55,438 nt of DNA from an uncultured virus (IMG/VR IMGVR_UViG_3300046467_003049) (IMGVR_UViG_3300046467_003049); one strand, 5' to 3'. Shown: positions 9,743 to 19,046, numbered from the stretch's first letter. The notes: generated by a model from the sequence alone, not told the origin. Numbers and translations: made by a program.

Positions 9743-10027
9743 GACACTTCTCTCAATATGATGGCTTAGAGGTGGCGCATTACATCCTCTGCCATAAATT
9801 AAAAGTAGCGTTTAATATAAGGGAGTGAGTCGTAATATTTTTAGCCTGCCAAATGACAGTGCGCTCGTGCAAGGCTTTCGCCTCTCAATGTACTAATTCG
9901 AAACCTGTCCGAGTAATGCATTTGATAAACACATATTATCATAATGAAATAAATAGTCAAGATAAAACTGTTTTACACCCAATAAAAAAGGCACTAAATA
10001 GCGCCTTTTTTTTATCCGTATTTCGAG

Positions 10028-10669
10028 CTACAGATTTTTCTTCTTACGTCTGGATAAACCAAAACACATCAAGCCGGCTGCAAGCACAGCTAATGATGTA
10101 GGCTCTGGTACAGAAGTAGATGCCGAAACACTTTCACCTGATACCAGAAATACGCCCATGGTGTCAGCAAAATAGTTTTTGTCCGAGACGCCACCAACAT
10201 TAAAATCCATATAGTTAGCATTAAATAGATTGTACTTGACGGTCGTTCTATAAGCAAAACCATCATCGCCATTTAAATACTGACCAAAACTGTAAACATT
10301 GCTTCTGTCCCGATAAGTTTCACCAAACAAGCTCGCAAACTCTAAAGCCGGCTCATCAGCTATCTCCAATCGAGTATTACCTACATTAGATAGCCCATCA
10401 AACCCAAAGAAGTCACTATAAAGTCGGTTAACCTCCTCAATACTTGGCATTCTCCAACCGGCAAACTCACCTCTTTCGAGTGCTCGCTCAACGTTACCAA
10501 TAGACATACCTATGGTTTGGTTAAGATTAAGCCACTCAATACCAGTTTCTTCGTGCAGCACTGCCTGATTATCGCCAGTAGTCTGGTAGTCAGTAAGCAC
10601 AAACCCCGCATTAGCGCTTAAGCTAAAAAACAGCAGTGGCACAACTGTTAAAAACACTTTTTTAAACAT
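10028..10669 (-). CDS. PEP-CTERM sorting domain protein
   Basis: Signal peptide; LHEETGIEWL, GWRMPS; VPEPTSLAVLAAGLMCFGLSRRKKK. Confidence 0.9.
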   Translation of the reverse strand: MFKKVFLTVVPLLFFSLSANAGFVLTDYQTTGDNQAVLHEETGIEWLNLNQTIGMSIGNVERALERGEFAGWRMPSIEEVNRLYSDFFGFDGLSNVGNTRLEIADEPALEFASLFGETYRDRSNVYSFGQYLNGDDGFAYRTTVKYNLFNANYMDFNVGGVSDKNYFADTMGVFLVSGESVSASTSVPEPTSLAVLAAGLMCFGLSRRKKKNL

Positions 10670-10724
10670 TATCAACTCCCTTTGCAAAATGTAAATCCAA
10701 ACACACCTTAACACATCAGCCTAT

Positions 10725-11450
10725 TTACACATCAATCTTACCGACAGGACTCTCGCCTTTAGACTTTCTTCTTGAAAAAGCAAAACCCATCAGACCGGCA
10801 GATAAAATAGCTAGCGAGGCAGGCTCAGGCACGGTCACGTTATTTACCGGTGCATTCGCATTATTAGCGTTCAATGTAGGATCGTTCAGTGATGAATACG
10901 TCGCACCACCATCAGAAACAAGATAAACCCCATATCCCGAATCCGAATATGACGTTGTCGCATTGAAACTCTGATTATAATTCACCGTACTTTGCCTGTA
11001 TGCAGCCGCATACACATACGTGCGATAGGCTACACCCTCATCAACCCCCAAGTGAAGGCCGCGTGAAAAAGTGCCGTTTGCATTTTCGAACGCATAGCCA
11101 AACAGTTCATTGTAAGCAGTAGCAACATCGCGCGAAAGATTGCGAACACTCCCTGCATCTCTAGATAGCTCATTTTGTAACCCAAAGTACTCCGACTCCA
11201 TCGTATACATGTCATCAAGAGTCGGTAGTCTCCACCCGCTAAATTGACCGTCTAGCTGAGCAACAACATCATCAATACTCATTCCCGCAGTTTGAGTGAT
11301 ATTCAGCCACTCAATACCTGTCTCCTCATGCAATACTACTTGATTGTCACCCTCAACTTTGTAGTCAGATAAAACAAAGGCAGCATTAGCTCCCAAGCTT
11401 AATGCTAGCAAAGACATACCCATCGCCATTTTTATTAGTTTCACACACAA
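10725..11450 (-). CDS. PEP-CTERM sorting domain protein
   Basis: Signal peptide; LHEETGIEWL, GWRLPT; VPEPASLAILSAGLMGFAFSRRK. Confidence 0.9.
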   Translation of the reverse strand: MCVKLIKMAMGMSLLALSLGANAAFVLSDYKVEGDNQVVLHEETGIEWLNITQTAGMSIDDVVAQLDGQFSGWRLPTLDDMYTMESEYFGLQNELSRDAGSVRNLSRDVATAYNELFGYAFENANGTFSRGLHLGVDEGVAYRTYVYAAAYRQSTVNYNQSFNATTSYSDSGYGVYLVSDGGATYSSLNDPTLNANNANAPVNNVTVPEPASLAILSAGLMGFAFSRRKSKGESPVGKIDV

Positions 11451-11803
11451 TTCCTTTTGAAAGACTGTTCAATATTAAAGCAATTTTAACATATAGATCT
11501 ATTTATACATCATTAACAAAATAAAAAGCAAAAAAAAGAGGCCGAAGCCTCAACGCAGGGAGTTGCATTTTAAATTGTTACCACCGGAGGAGACACCCTC
11601 CGGTGGCGCTTAATTAATATTCAGATAAATCCATAAACACACTCACCTCTCGCTCTGCATCATCAAGCGAATTAAGCATCTCTACACCTTTTTCGCCAAG
11701 CGACTCCGAAAGGTAGTTTTTAATCGAAGTGCGTTTAACACTATACTCTCTGTCTTTTTTGGCCTTTAGTTTGGCTTTAAGATCTTTGATTTGTCCTTCT
11801 AAG

Positions 11804-12273
11804 TGTGGGAGAGTAATAAAGTATCATACTGAATTGCTCCACAAGCTCTATCACTCAGTTCTAAAACTTATACCATTGAAAATAAAGTCTCATACTGAAA
11901 TATAATTTCTAAGATGCTAGAGCAATCAAGTAGTAATAAAGATTCATACTATTTAATTTTTTGGAATAATTTCACGATAGTGTGCGCCATTAATCACATT
12001 CCATTCTTTTGCTTTTACACAATCATTCATTGTAAAGCAAGACCCTATATTTCGACCTTCAATCGACCACAAAAAAGCTCCTGACTCACGTTGAGCAGAA
12101 TTTGGGTAGAACCTTGAAACCTCATGCTTCTCGTTAACATCAGGGAACTGTTCTATTGCTCTTTTTAATATTTTATCTCTTAAACTCATAATAATACCTT
12201 AAAAATAGTACGATACTTTAAAACTTGGTATGACACTTTATTGCTAAGTATGAAACTTTATTACTCACCTACA
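11804..12273. mobile_element. 470-bp non-autonomous Tn7-family mini-transposon
   Basis: TGT...ACA termini (TGTGGGAGAGTAATAAAGTATCATACT / TGTAGGTGAGTAATAAAGTTTCATACT), 3 spaced + 3 contiguous AGTATGANACTTTATTAC repeats, 5-bp TSD CTAAG. Confidence 0.9.
11953..12189 (-). CDS. 78-aa cargo protein of the mini-Tn7, unknown function
   Basis: Only ORF between the ends; AAGGT SD. Confidence 0.75.
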   Translation of the reverse strand: MSLRDKILKRAIEQFPDVNEKHEVSRFYPNSAQRESGAFLWSIEGRNIGSCFTMNDCVKAKEWNVINGAHYREIIPKN

Positions 12274-13059
12274 CTAAGCTCTGCGTCTCTTTAGCGATAT
12301 CAGCCACTTCATTCTTGTCAGCATCACAAAGCAACTTATCAAAAACCCCTTCTTTTACATCTAAATTTACCAGCACACGCTCGATTGTTTCTTTAGCCTT
12401 GTTGTTGCTTTCAATAACAAGGCGTTTAAGTGCTTTTGTCATTTTAGCCAATGCATCAGCAATTATATCTTCAGCATTTTCATTGAATTTGACAGTAGTA
12501 GAATCAATCGTGTCTAAATATCTTTTTTTCTTAGTTGCTTCTGAGCGTAAACCTGTAAACTTAATCTCAGTCTTCGCTCTCGCAACATAAACAGTTGGTT
12601 TTCTACTATCCCAACCGTCAGTAATACCTGATAACTGATCAGAGCCGCATGTAAAACGTTTATCAATAGAGATCTCAATACCCATCGCATCAATCAAGCT
12701 ATCAATCACATCTTGCTTTAACGTCAACGCTTTACCCACGCTAACACAAGATACGTATTTTAAATTTGCATCTAGTTCATTGGTGAGGTCTTTAGCATCC
12801 ACGTCATCTAAAGTGATATCGCGAAGTAATGTTATAATATTGTGGCTTACAGCTTCTTCAACGGAAAATAAGTTCATGTGTGCGATCTCTTTTGGTGTTT
12901 GTTTTTCAGTATGTATATATTATCACAATGAACCATAGTGTCAATCATTTGTTTTCATAATAGACAAAAAATCAACCGGCATGTCTGGTGATGTATTCCA
13001 CCACCAGACGCAAGCAACTAAACAATCAAGGCAATTAAACACTACCTCAGGAAAGTGTA

Positions 13060-13219
13060 CTTAGATTAAGTTTGCAACCGGATTCTAACCGATGTTTCTA
13101 CAGTGAAGCGCGTCCTATCATGTTAGACGAGATAGATCATAAGACCTATTTATCGGATTGAATGCCGACATTTCGCTGTCGTAGTGTCCTAACGCTAGAC
13201 GACACAAACTTAATCTAAG
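13060..13219 (-). ncRNA. double tRNA-like (dumbbell) RNA, copy A
   Basis: Order D1-T1-closed acceptor-D2-T2, closed by a 15-bp IR; cross-paired anticodon stems; own promoter ~13265-13297; no ORF down to ~12965. Confidence 0.7.
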
Positions 13220-13292
13220 CCCACTTACCAAATTCTTTCATGGTAAGTGGTGTTTTAATATGCAATAAATATTATCATAATGAAACCTTGTG

Positions 13293-13754
13293 TCAATCTT
13301 TACTGTTCGTTTTTTTCATTATTTTACTGGATTGCAACAAAGCCGCTGACGACGAGGACAAAAGCGAATTTGTATGCTCTCTCAATGGTACGTCGTATTT
13401 AAATCTATGCACATTAGTGATGATTTCTATCATTGCATTACCGGCAGTTAAAGAAGGCTCTACTCTTGGTAAGTTAAGGTTTTCAAATGCATCTAAAGAG
13501 ATCTCAGAAGCACGGTCATCCATCAGTGAACGCGCCAACAACAAACTCGTTGAACCTACACCAGGCTGACCAATAACGGGGACAGGTAAATGCTTTATAC
13601 GAGATAACGTACCACCCACCAATCGTTCATTTTTATACCTTTCAATACGCAGGCTTTCTTGAGTCGCCAACAGCTCTTCTCGCACTAATGCAAGTTCTCT
13701 GTTCACTTCATCAAATTCAGCCAACGACACCATACGTTCTGCTCTATTTACCAT
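13293..13754 (-). CDS. hypothetical protein, N-terminal coiled coil
   Basis: 153-aa ORF overlapping upstream ORF. Confidence 0.6.
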   Translation of the reverse strand: MVNRAERMVSLAEFDEVNRELALVREELLATQESLRIERYKNERLVGGTLSRIKHLPVPVIGQPGVGSTSLLLARSLMDDRASEISLDAFENLNLPRVEPSLTAGNAMIEIITNVHRFKYDVPLREHTNSLLSSSSAALLQSSKIMKKTNSKD

Positions 13755-13975
13755 GTTAGTTTTTCCGCTTCACGTCTAATACTGATTTCCGCTTGCTGTC
13801 TTGGCGTATAAATATGCCTTTCAAGCGTCTCTCGCTGCGTTATCAGCTGTTTTTTTGATAGCTCAAGCAAATCAAGCTTGTTATTTACTTCTGCAAGCTT
13901 AGACTCCAAAACAAGGCGTTTCTGGTTCGCTTTATTAACGTCCTTTACGGTCGTCATTAATACTACTTTTCCCAT
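13748..13975 (-). CDS. hypothetical coiled-coil protein
   Basis: 75-aa ORF with own promoter. Confidence 0.65.
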   Translation of the reverse strand: MGKVVLMTTVKDVNKANQKRLVLESKLAEVNNKLDLLELSKKQLITQRETLERHIYTPRQQAEISIRREAEKLTW

Positions 13976-14117
13976 GACACGTGCCCCTTAGCTGTTTAAT
14001 CTTATACATTAGAGTATACCAGAACACACCTGCTTGTCAATCATTTTGTTTTTCAGTCGCCACCATTGAAACAAAAAAAAGCCCACACCATGGCGGACTT
14101 ACTTTAGCACTATAAAA

Positions 14118-14615
14118 CTAATCGCAGCCGCCTGAGCCACCATCAGAGCCACTGTTGCTGCTTGATGTTGATTCACTACTGCTTGAACCAGAGCTACTGT
14201 AAAGGCCGTCTGAAGAACTTGCTTTTATCGGTTCGCTGCTTACATGCGAGTGTGACTTCGACACTGAGTCAATCTCGCTATCATCAACCGGCGCTGATTT
14301 CTTAGGCACCACAGGCTCAGTATTCACCTTTTCGTTTTGATCTTCATCAGACTGCGCATCCCAATAAGCTTCACCATGATCTTCTGCCAACATAGCTGCG
14401 GTTGCCATCAAACTGCTATCTTCACGTGCAGCTCCATGTCGTGAGCTAGCGGCTTTAATCACCGGTTTTTTTATTTCGGGGTGTCTTGGTCTAATTGACT
14501 GGCTTTGCATGTCAACAACGCCTTCTAAAAAAGCGTTGCGCTTCTTTAGCGCTTTGTTTTCTTCTTCCAGTTCAGTAATTTTATCTTTAAACTTTTTATT
14601 AAACATAATACGCAA
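14118..14615 (-). CDS. hypothetical protein with Ser/Gly-rich tail
   Basis: Coiled-coil N-terminus, C-terminal SSSGSSSS...GGSGGCD. Confidence 0.7.
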   Translation of the reverse strand: MRIMFNKKFKDKITELEEENKALKKRNAFLEGVVDMQSQSIRPRHPEIKKPVIKAASSRHGAAREDSSLMATAAMLAEDHGEAYWDAQSDEDQNEKVNTEPVVPKKSAPVDDSEIDSVSKSHSHVSSEPIKASSSDGLYSSSGSSSSESTSSSNSGSDGGSGGCD

Positions 14616-14920
14616 CCCTCATTAACTAATTAACACTAAATTCCATTTTAATTCTTAGGCTTATCATTTTGATCAAACACACCCATTAAAGGTAAATATT
14701 CAACAGATCATACTTGTGGTTGTCATATTAAAACGCACTAGTAATCCAATTAACTAGCCACCTTTACTTTCAAACCACCATTAAGCATAATAAACGCTAC
14801 TAAAAAACTATCTTATCCTATTACGCCAAGTAATTTACCGGTGACGGTGAGATGTGGCATAGCGCAACTAAAATGCTAAAATGGATCAGCGCAAAACATA
14901 AATTAAATAAAGGATTTCAC

Positions 14921-15436
14921 ATGAAGCATGACGCTAACGCAATTAATGGCTCATTAAAGCAAATACGACTTGAAGTGTTGACATGGCTAGCTAATGGTAA
15001 CGTTGGCATGTCTTCGAAAAGCATTGCCTTTCACATGGCTAAAATAGATGATGGCGCTAAAGCCATACCACGCGACCCCGCAGATTTCAAACGTTGTACA
15101 GAAATGCTTAGTGCATGCCCTTCAATCAAAAACCTATCATCACTGGCTGAAGACGCACCACAATACGCGCCTTACATCAACAACTGGGGTAAGATGCTAG
15201 CGTTGCACAAAGAGGATGTGGAACGTTACGAAAGCAAAGCACCAAACCTCTATAACTACATGAAAAAGCTTGAAGCCGAATCGCTACTGATAAGTGGCCA
15301 AGTCGTTTTTGGCTTTCGTTACATGAGCGTAGATGTATTTAAAGAACTAACCGGCGTCACACCGTCAATTGAAAACATTCATGACTTACAGCGCATCGGC
15401 GATGCCGCTTTAAAAATAAAAAACAGCAAAAAATAA
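14921..15436 (+). CDS. hypothetical protein
   Basis: ATG after AAGGA; WLANGNVGMSS...PRDPADFKRC. Confidence 0.75.
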   Translation: MKHDANAINGSLKQIRLEVLTWLANGNVGMSSKSIAFHMAKIDDGAKAIPRDPADFKRCTEMLSACPSIKNLSSLAEDAPQYAPYINNWGKMLALHKEDVERYESKAPNLYNYMKKLEAESLLISGQVVFGFRYMSVDVFKELTGVTPSIENIHDLQRIGDAALKIKNSKK

Positions 15437-15482
15437 CAGGGGTGTTTGAGGGGTGGCTTTGGTTGAGCTACCTTACTCTATT

Positions 15483-15830
15483 TTACTTGAAATCCGCTTC
15501 ACGCAGCTGTTTTGCTGTAACATTGAAACGCTCTTTACCTATACTACCTTTCGCCTGTGCAACCCAGTGGCCGCGAACCTTACCTCTTGATATCAACTGA
15601 TAGTTTTTGCCGTAAAGACTGAACTCCATTAACGGTTTTAACGTTTTAGGGCGGTTACCTTGCTTTTCTGAAACAAGAGAAAACGAGTTTGGGGTAATAT
15701 TAATTTTAAGCTCTGTGTTATTGTTTGCCTTCGCTATTTCAACCCATTCAGTCGGAACTCTTAGCACACCATCACCACCACCGAACACACTATACTTACT
15801 ATAGTCGGACTTCCAGCTAATGACAAGCAA
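15483..15830 (-). CDS. hypothetical protein (true start probably downstream of 15795)
   Basis: ORF track; an operator-promoter lies inside the annotated 5' end (~15800-15827). Confidence 0.55.
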   Translation of the reverse strand: MLVISWKSDYSKYSVFGGGDGVLRVPTEWVEIAKANNNTELKINITPNSFSLVSEKQGNRPKTLKPLMEFSLYGKNYQLISRGKVRGHWVAQAKGSIGKERFNVTAKQLREADFK

Positions 15831-15863
15831 TATATTAGCTATTTTTACTCGCTCTACAACAAC

Positions 15864-16145
15864 CTAATTACCTGTCACACCTTGATTTAGTATTTCCGAC
15901 TCATCACTGCCGTTTTTTACCATTAAATTAAACTTCTCTAAAGCCTTCTCATACGTCACAAAATAACCACTTGAGCAGAATATACTCTTAGTTGTTTCAT
16001 GCACATAATAAGCGCGTCCATCTGCATAAGGCTTAAACAGCTTAATTAAATTAACATGACTACCATCTTTAAAATTCGCATATTGAATCAACGGACTTTG
16101 AGATACTCTTTTTGGTAAACTGTTCGGTAAATTGCGTACTGGCAT
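15864..16145 (-). CDS. hypothetical protein
   Basis: 93-aa ORF, GTCGGA-type promoter upstream. Confidence 0.75.
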   Translation of the reverse strand: MPVRNLPNSLPKRVSQSPLIQYANFKDGSHVNLIKLFKPYADGRAYYVHETTKSIFCSSGYFVTYEKALEKFNLMVKNGSDESEILNQGVTGN

Positions 16146-16288
16146 GTGGTCGATTCCTTTATGAATTTGCTCGATAACTTATACACTCATTATAGTCGGA
16201 CTTCCTGCGAGTTGCAAGCAGTTTATTTAGCTATTAACGCTTAAATTTTAAATACGAAAAACCACCCCGCAGGAAAACAACAACCTTA

Positions 16289-16636
16289 TTATTTGATTTT
16301 GTCTACTAAAAACCACATCAATTCATCACCAGTAAACACAGACCTACGAGATGTACAAATTGCCTGAGATATTAACTTTTGGCTAGGCTCTATACTTTCA
16401 ACGAAAACAAGCGCCTCAAAAAGACTCTTAGCCTCTTTTAAAGTCATACTAATACGGGTAACTAAATGCTCAAAAACACCTTCCGCCACATAATAAGAGC
16501 TACCGTCATAACCCCAACTAAAACTAGCGCTCTCGCCTATCTTACCAACAGGAAGGGATTGCTTTAAAGCGCGAGCTGACCTTCTTGCTGCCATATCACC
16601 TTGAGAAACAGGGGTGTGATAACTGAATTGAGGCAT
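16289..16636 (-). CDS. hypothetical protein
   Basis: 115-aa ORF, AAGGA SD, downstream of tRNA-like RNA copy B. Confidence 0.7.
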   Translation of the reverse strand: MPQFSYHTPVSQGDMAARRSARALKQSLPVGKIGESASFSWGYDGSSYYVAEGVFEHLVTRISMTLKEAKSLFEALVFVESIEPSQKLISQAICTSRRSVFTGDELMWFLVDKIK

Positions 16637-16662
16637 TGTATAGATCCTTATATTGAATAGAG

Positions 16663-16799
16663 TACCTGCACCTGGATTCGAACCAGAGTTTGTCTCTTGC
16701 TTCGCATTGACCGCTATGCTACATAAACATAATGCTTACGACCGGACTCGAACCGATGTGTGAGCCTTAGATTGTCTTAGTCCACTAGACGAGATAGGC
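16663..16799 (-). ncRNA. double tRNA-like (dumbbell) RNA, copy B
   Basis: Two canonical T-arms (GGTTCGAGTCC, GGTTCGAATCC), two D-arms, inner closed acceptor CGTAAGCA-TTA-TGTTTATG, no anticodon loops. Confidence 0.7.
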
Positions 16800-16905
16800 T
16801 TTAAAAACTGTTTACTTTCTTTGCCTATGTAAAAGGCTCGATTCATTAACTTATGTAACTACTATAGTCGGACTTCCTAAAAATTGCAAGCGCTTTATCA
16901 CTTAT

Positions 16906-17208
16906 TTAACGCATACTCATTTGACTTTGATTCTGACTGTCTCTACGAGCAAATAAAGCATCTTTATTACTAACTACAACATACTGCTTACCTAATTTCT
17001 CCATTAAAGCCTTAGACACTGTCTCAAATGATGTAACAATACGCGTATACTCCATCACCCAGTAATCACCAACCTTTTCTGAAGTATTAAAACGAAAGCC
17101 GTGAGCTTGCATCAAGTTAACTTCTTTAGATAATGCAGTACGAACTTTTCTGTTGCCCGTAAACTGAATTGTTTGAGTTGAAAATCTACGACCAATAATA
17201 TTATTCAT
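16906..17208 (-). CDS. hypothetical protein
   Basis: 100-aa ORF, TCATWATGA promoter, CACACAAGG leader. Confidence 0.75.
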   Translation of the reverse strand: MNNIIGRRFSTQTIQFTGNRKVRTALSKEVNLMQAHGFRFNTSEKVGDYWVMEYTRIVTSFETVSKALMEKLGKQYVVVSNKDALFARRDSQNQSQMSMR

Positions 17209-17533
17209 GATCTAAAACCTTGTGTGCGTGTTCCGACTTGATGAACTTATTGTACTTCATTATGATAATTTGTCAATCATTTATATTTATTTTCAACACA
17301 ATAAAACCTAAACAATTAAGATTATAATTCAGTCGTAATCAAGTGATTTTATCCACCTGTCTTTTTATCATCCCCATGGCGTTTTTGACATGCACCCGAC
17401 ATTTCACAACTCAACTATTTCCCACACGGGCACTTTGGAGTAATTGAGTATTATAAAAAAAGTGCTTGCATTTTGTTGGACGTCCTACTATAATGGTTGC
17501 ATAAATTAATGAATTAACCGCAAAGGAAATCAC

Positions 17534-17968
17534 ATGAGAGTAGTTACAGCCAAAGAAGGTAAAACGCTTAGAGACTTCGCTAAATCAGTAGAAAATAACA
17601 ACCTTATTGCCATCTTCCCTGAACATGGCTTGTCTCCAAACGAGCAAGCAGCTTGGTTAAAGGAAAACGAAGGGAGATTCATCTCAGTTATTACTTTTTC
17701 ACCATTCATTGTAAGTGATGCTCAAGACCTACACGTAATGGATAGTGATGTAAATATTGACATGGGATCTTCGGTTAACAAGGTAACGCTTGTACTGTGG
17801 AGGAGTGAGACCATTGGAGACGTTGCTAAAGATAAACTTAAACAGTTAAGAGATAAAAGCGAAAAAGCCAACAAAGAAGATCTACAGGCTATCATTGATG
17901 AAGCATACGAACTCGGGGATAGCGTAGAACGAGTTTTGTTTATCAAGACAATAATGGACAAGCAATAA
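17534..17968 (+). CDS. hypothetical protein
   Basis: Starts directly after repeat copy 1. Confidence 0.8.
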   Translation: MRVVTAKEGKTLRDFAKSVENNNLIAIFPEHGLSPNEQAAWLKENEGRFISVITFSPFIVSDAQDLHVMDSDVNIDMGSSVNKVTLVLWRSETIGDVAKDKLKQLRDKSEKANKEDLQAIIDEAYELGDSVERVLFIKTIMDKQ

Positions 17969-18140
17969 TATTAAAAACCAGCATATACTAACCACATTTT
18001 TTGTGGTTTTTCTTTATCTACATTTCCCACACGGGCACTTTGGAGTAATTGAGTGTTATAAAACAAAGTTCTTGTATTTTGTCGGACATCCCACTATAAT
18101 AGTTGCATAAATTAATGAATCAACCGCAAAGGAAACCAAC

Positions 18141-18305
18141 ATGATTTCAATTCACAATAAGATACAAGCAAATGTAATTAGAGCGACTTGGTTCAACCAA
18201 CCAAAAAGCAGAGCAAGAACTATCATGCTAAATCACTCGAAAAGAATCAATCCAGTTAGCATGCAATACATCTCGCTACATCATTCAAAACAAACAGATT
18301 CATAA
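18141..18305 (+). CDS. 54-aa hypothetical protein (not in ORF track)
   Basis: ATG directly after the SD of repeat copy 2; MISIHNKIQANVIRATW... Confidence 0.6.
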   Translation: MISIHNKIQANVIRATWFNQPKSRARTIMLNHSKRINPVSMQYISLHHSKQTDS

Positions 18306-18319
18306 AGGAGGCCACTATA

Positions 18320-18547
18320 ATGATCATCTCTAGAACTGCCAACGAAACAGAAAAGGACTTGCTTATTGGTTTTGAAAAGGAGCCATTAACGATTAAGTGT
18401 ATGGATGATAAAGTAGATATTGTCATTGAACCTGCCGATGGTTTCTGGACACATGAAGCATTAGAAGCGATTGATTATAATAAACATAGCCCTTTTGGAT
18501 GGGATGCTTATTTAGGTGAACAATGGATCGGAAGTTCAGAAATTTAA
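18320..18547 (+). CDS. hypothetical protein
   Basis: AAGGAGG SD. Confidence 0.75.
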   Translation: MIISRTANETEKDLLIGFEKEPLTIKCMDDKVDIVIEPADGFWTHEALEAIDYNKHSPFGWDAYLGEQWIGSSEI

Positions 18548-18722
18548 TTTACACTATTAGCACTCTTCATTTAGAGTGCTTTTTTGCCATTATCCCAATA
18601 GTCATTTCCCACACGGGCACTTTGGAGTAATTGAGTATTATAAAAAAAGTGCTTGCATTTTGTTGGACGTCCTACTATAATGGTTGCATAAATTAATGAA
18701 TTAACCGCAAAGGAAATCACTA

Positions 18723-19046
18723 ATGCTAAAAATGTATACATCATCAAATGCACATTCATCAATTCCAGAAAAACCGTTTGTTAAAATAGGAGAAGTAACA
18801 AATCACTATTGCACAGGCACGGAATATACATCTGTGTATTCCAACGAACCTAAGAATGATATTCCACCCTGTCTTGAAGATGACAACTTTACATTAGACA
18901 TAAAATTTAAGCCTGTAGTATTTGTTCAAGGCGTTGAGTGTACACTGAAATTATTGCAGAAGGGCGCAGGCGGCTTTAACACATATCTAACAGTACCCAC
19001 TAAAAGTGTCAGCATAAATATAGGAGATCGTAGAACAGCAGCGTGA
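18723..19046 (+). CDS. hypothetical protein
   Basis: Starts after repeat copy 3. Confidence 0.75.
   Translation: MLKMYTSSNAHSSIPEKPFVKIGEVTNHYCTGTEYTSVYSNEPKNDIPPCLEDDNFTLDIKFKPVVFVQGVECTLKLLQKGAGGFNTYLTVPTKSVSINIGDRRTAA

Larger units (their letters stand above)
11614..12877 (-). pseudogene. ~262-aa hypothetical gene interrupted by the mini-Tn7-like element
   Basis: Removing 11804..12273 plus one CTAAG copy fuses ...KETQSL in frame to EGQIKDLKAKLK...MDLSEY*. Confidence 0.85.
17417..18720 (+). repeat. three ~117-bp direct repeats (17417-17533, 18022-18140, 18604-18720), each a promoter+operator+SD module
   Basis: ATTTCCCACACGGGCACTTTGG...TTGCAT...GGACGTCC...TATAAT...CCGCAAAGGAAA; copies 1 and 3 essentially identical; degenerate inverted copy ~5230-5335. 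Confidence 0.9.

Noticed and set aside
12207..12264. Plasmid iterons / replication origin
   Set aside because: The repeats have inverted partners, TGT/ACA termini and a 5-bp TSD, which fits transposon ends; no rep gene adjacent
16663..16799. Two functional tRNA genes (also at 13060-13219)
   Set aside because: No anticodon stem-loop within either unit, acceptor strands pair across units, no CCA
17417..18720. Integron cassette array (attC sites)
   Set aside because: The repeats are promoter/SD modules without RYYYAAC...GTTRRRY structure, and no integrase is present
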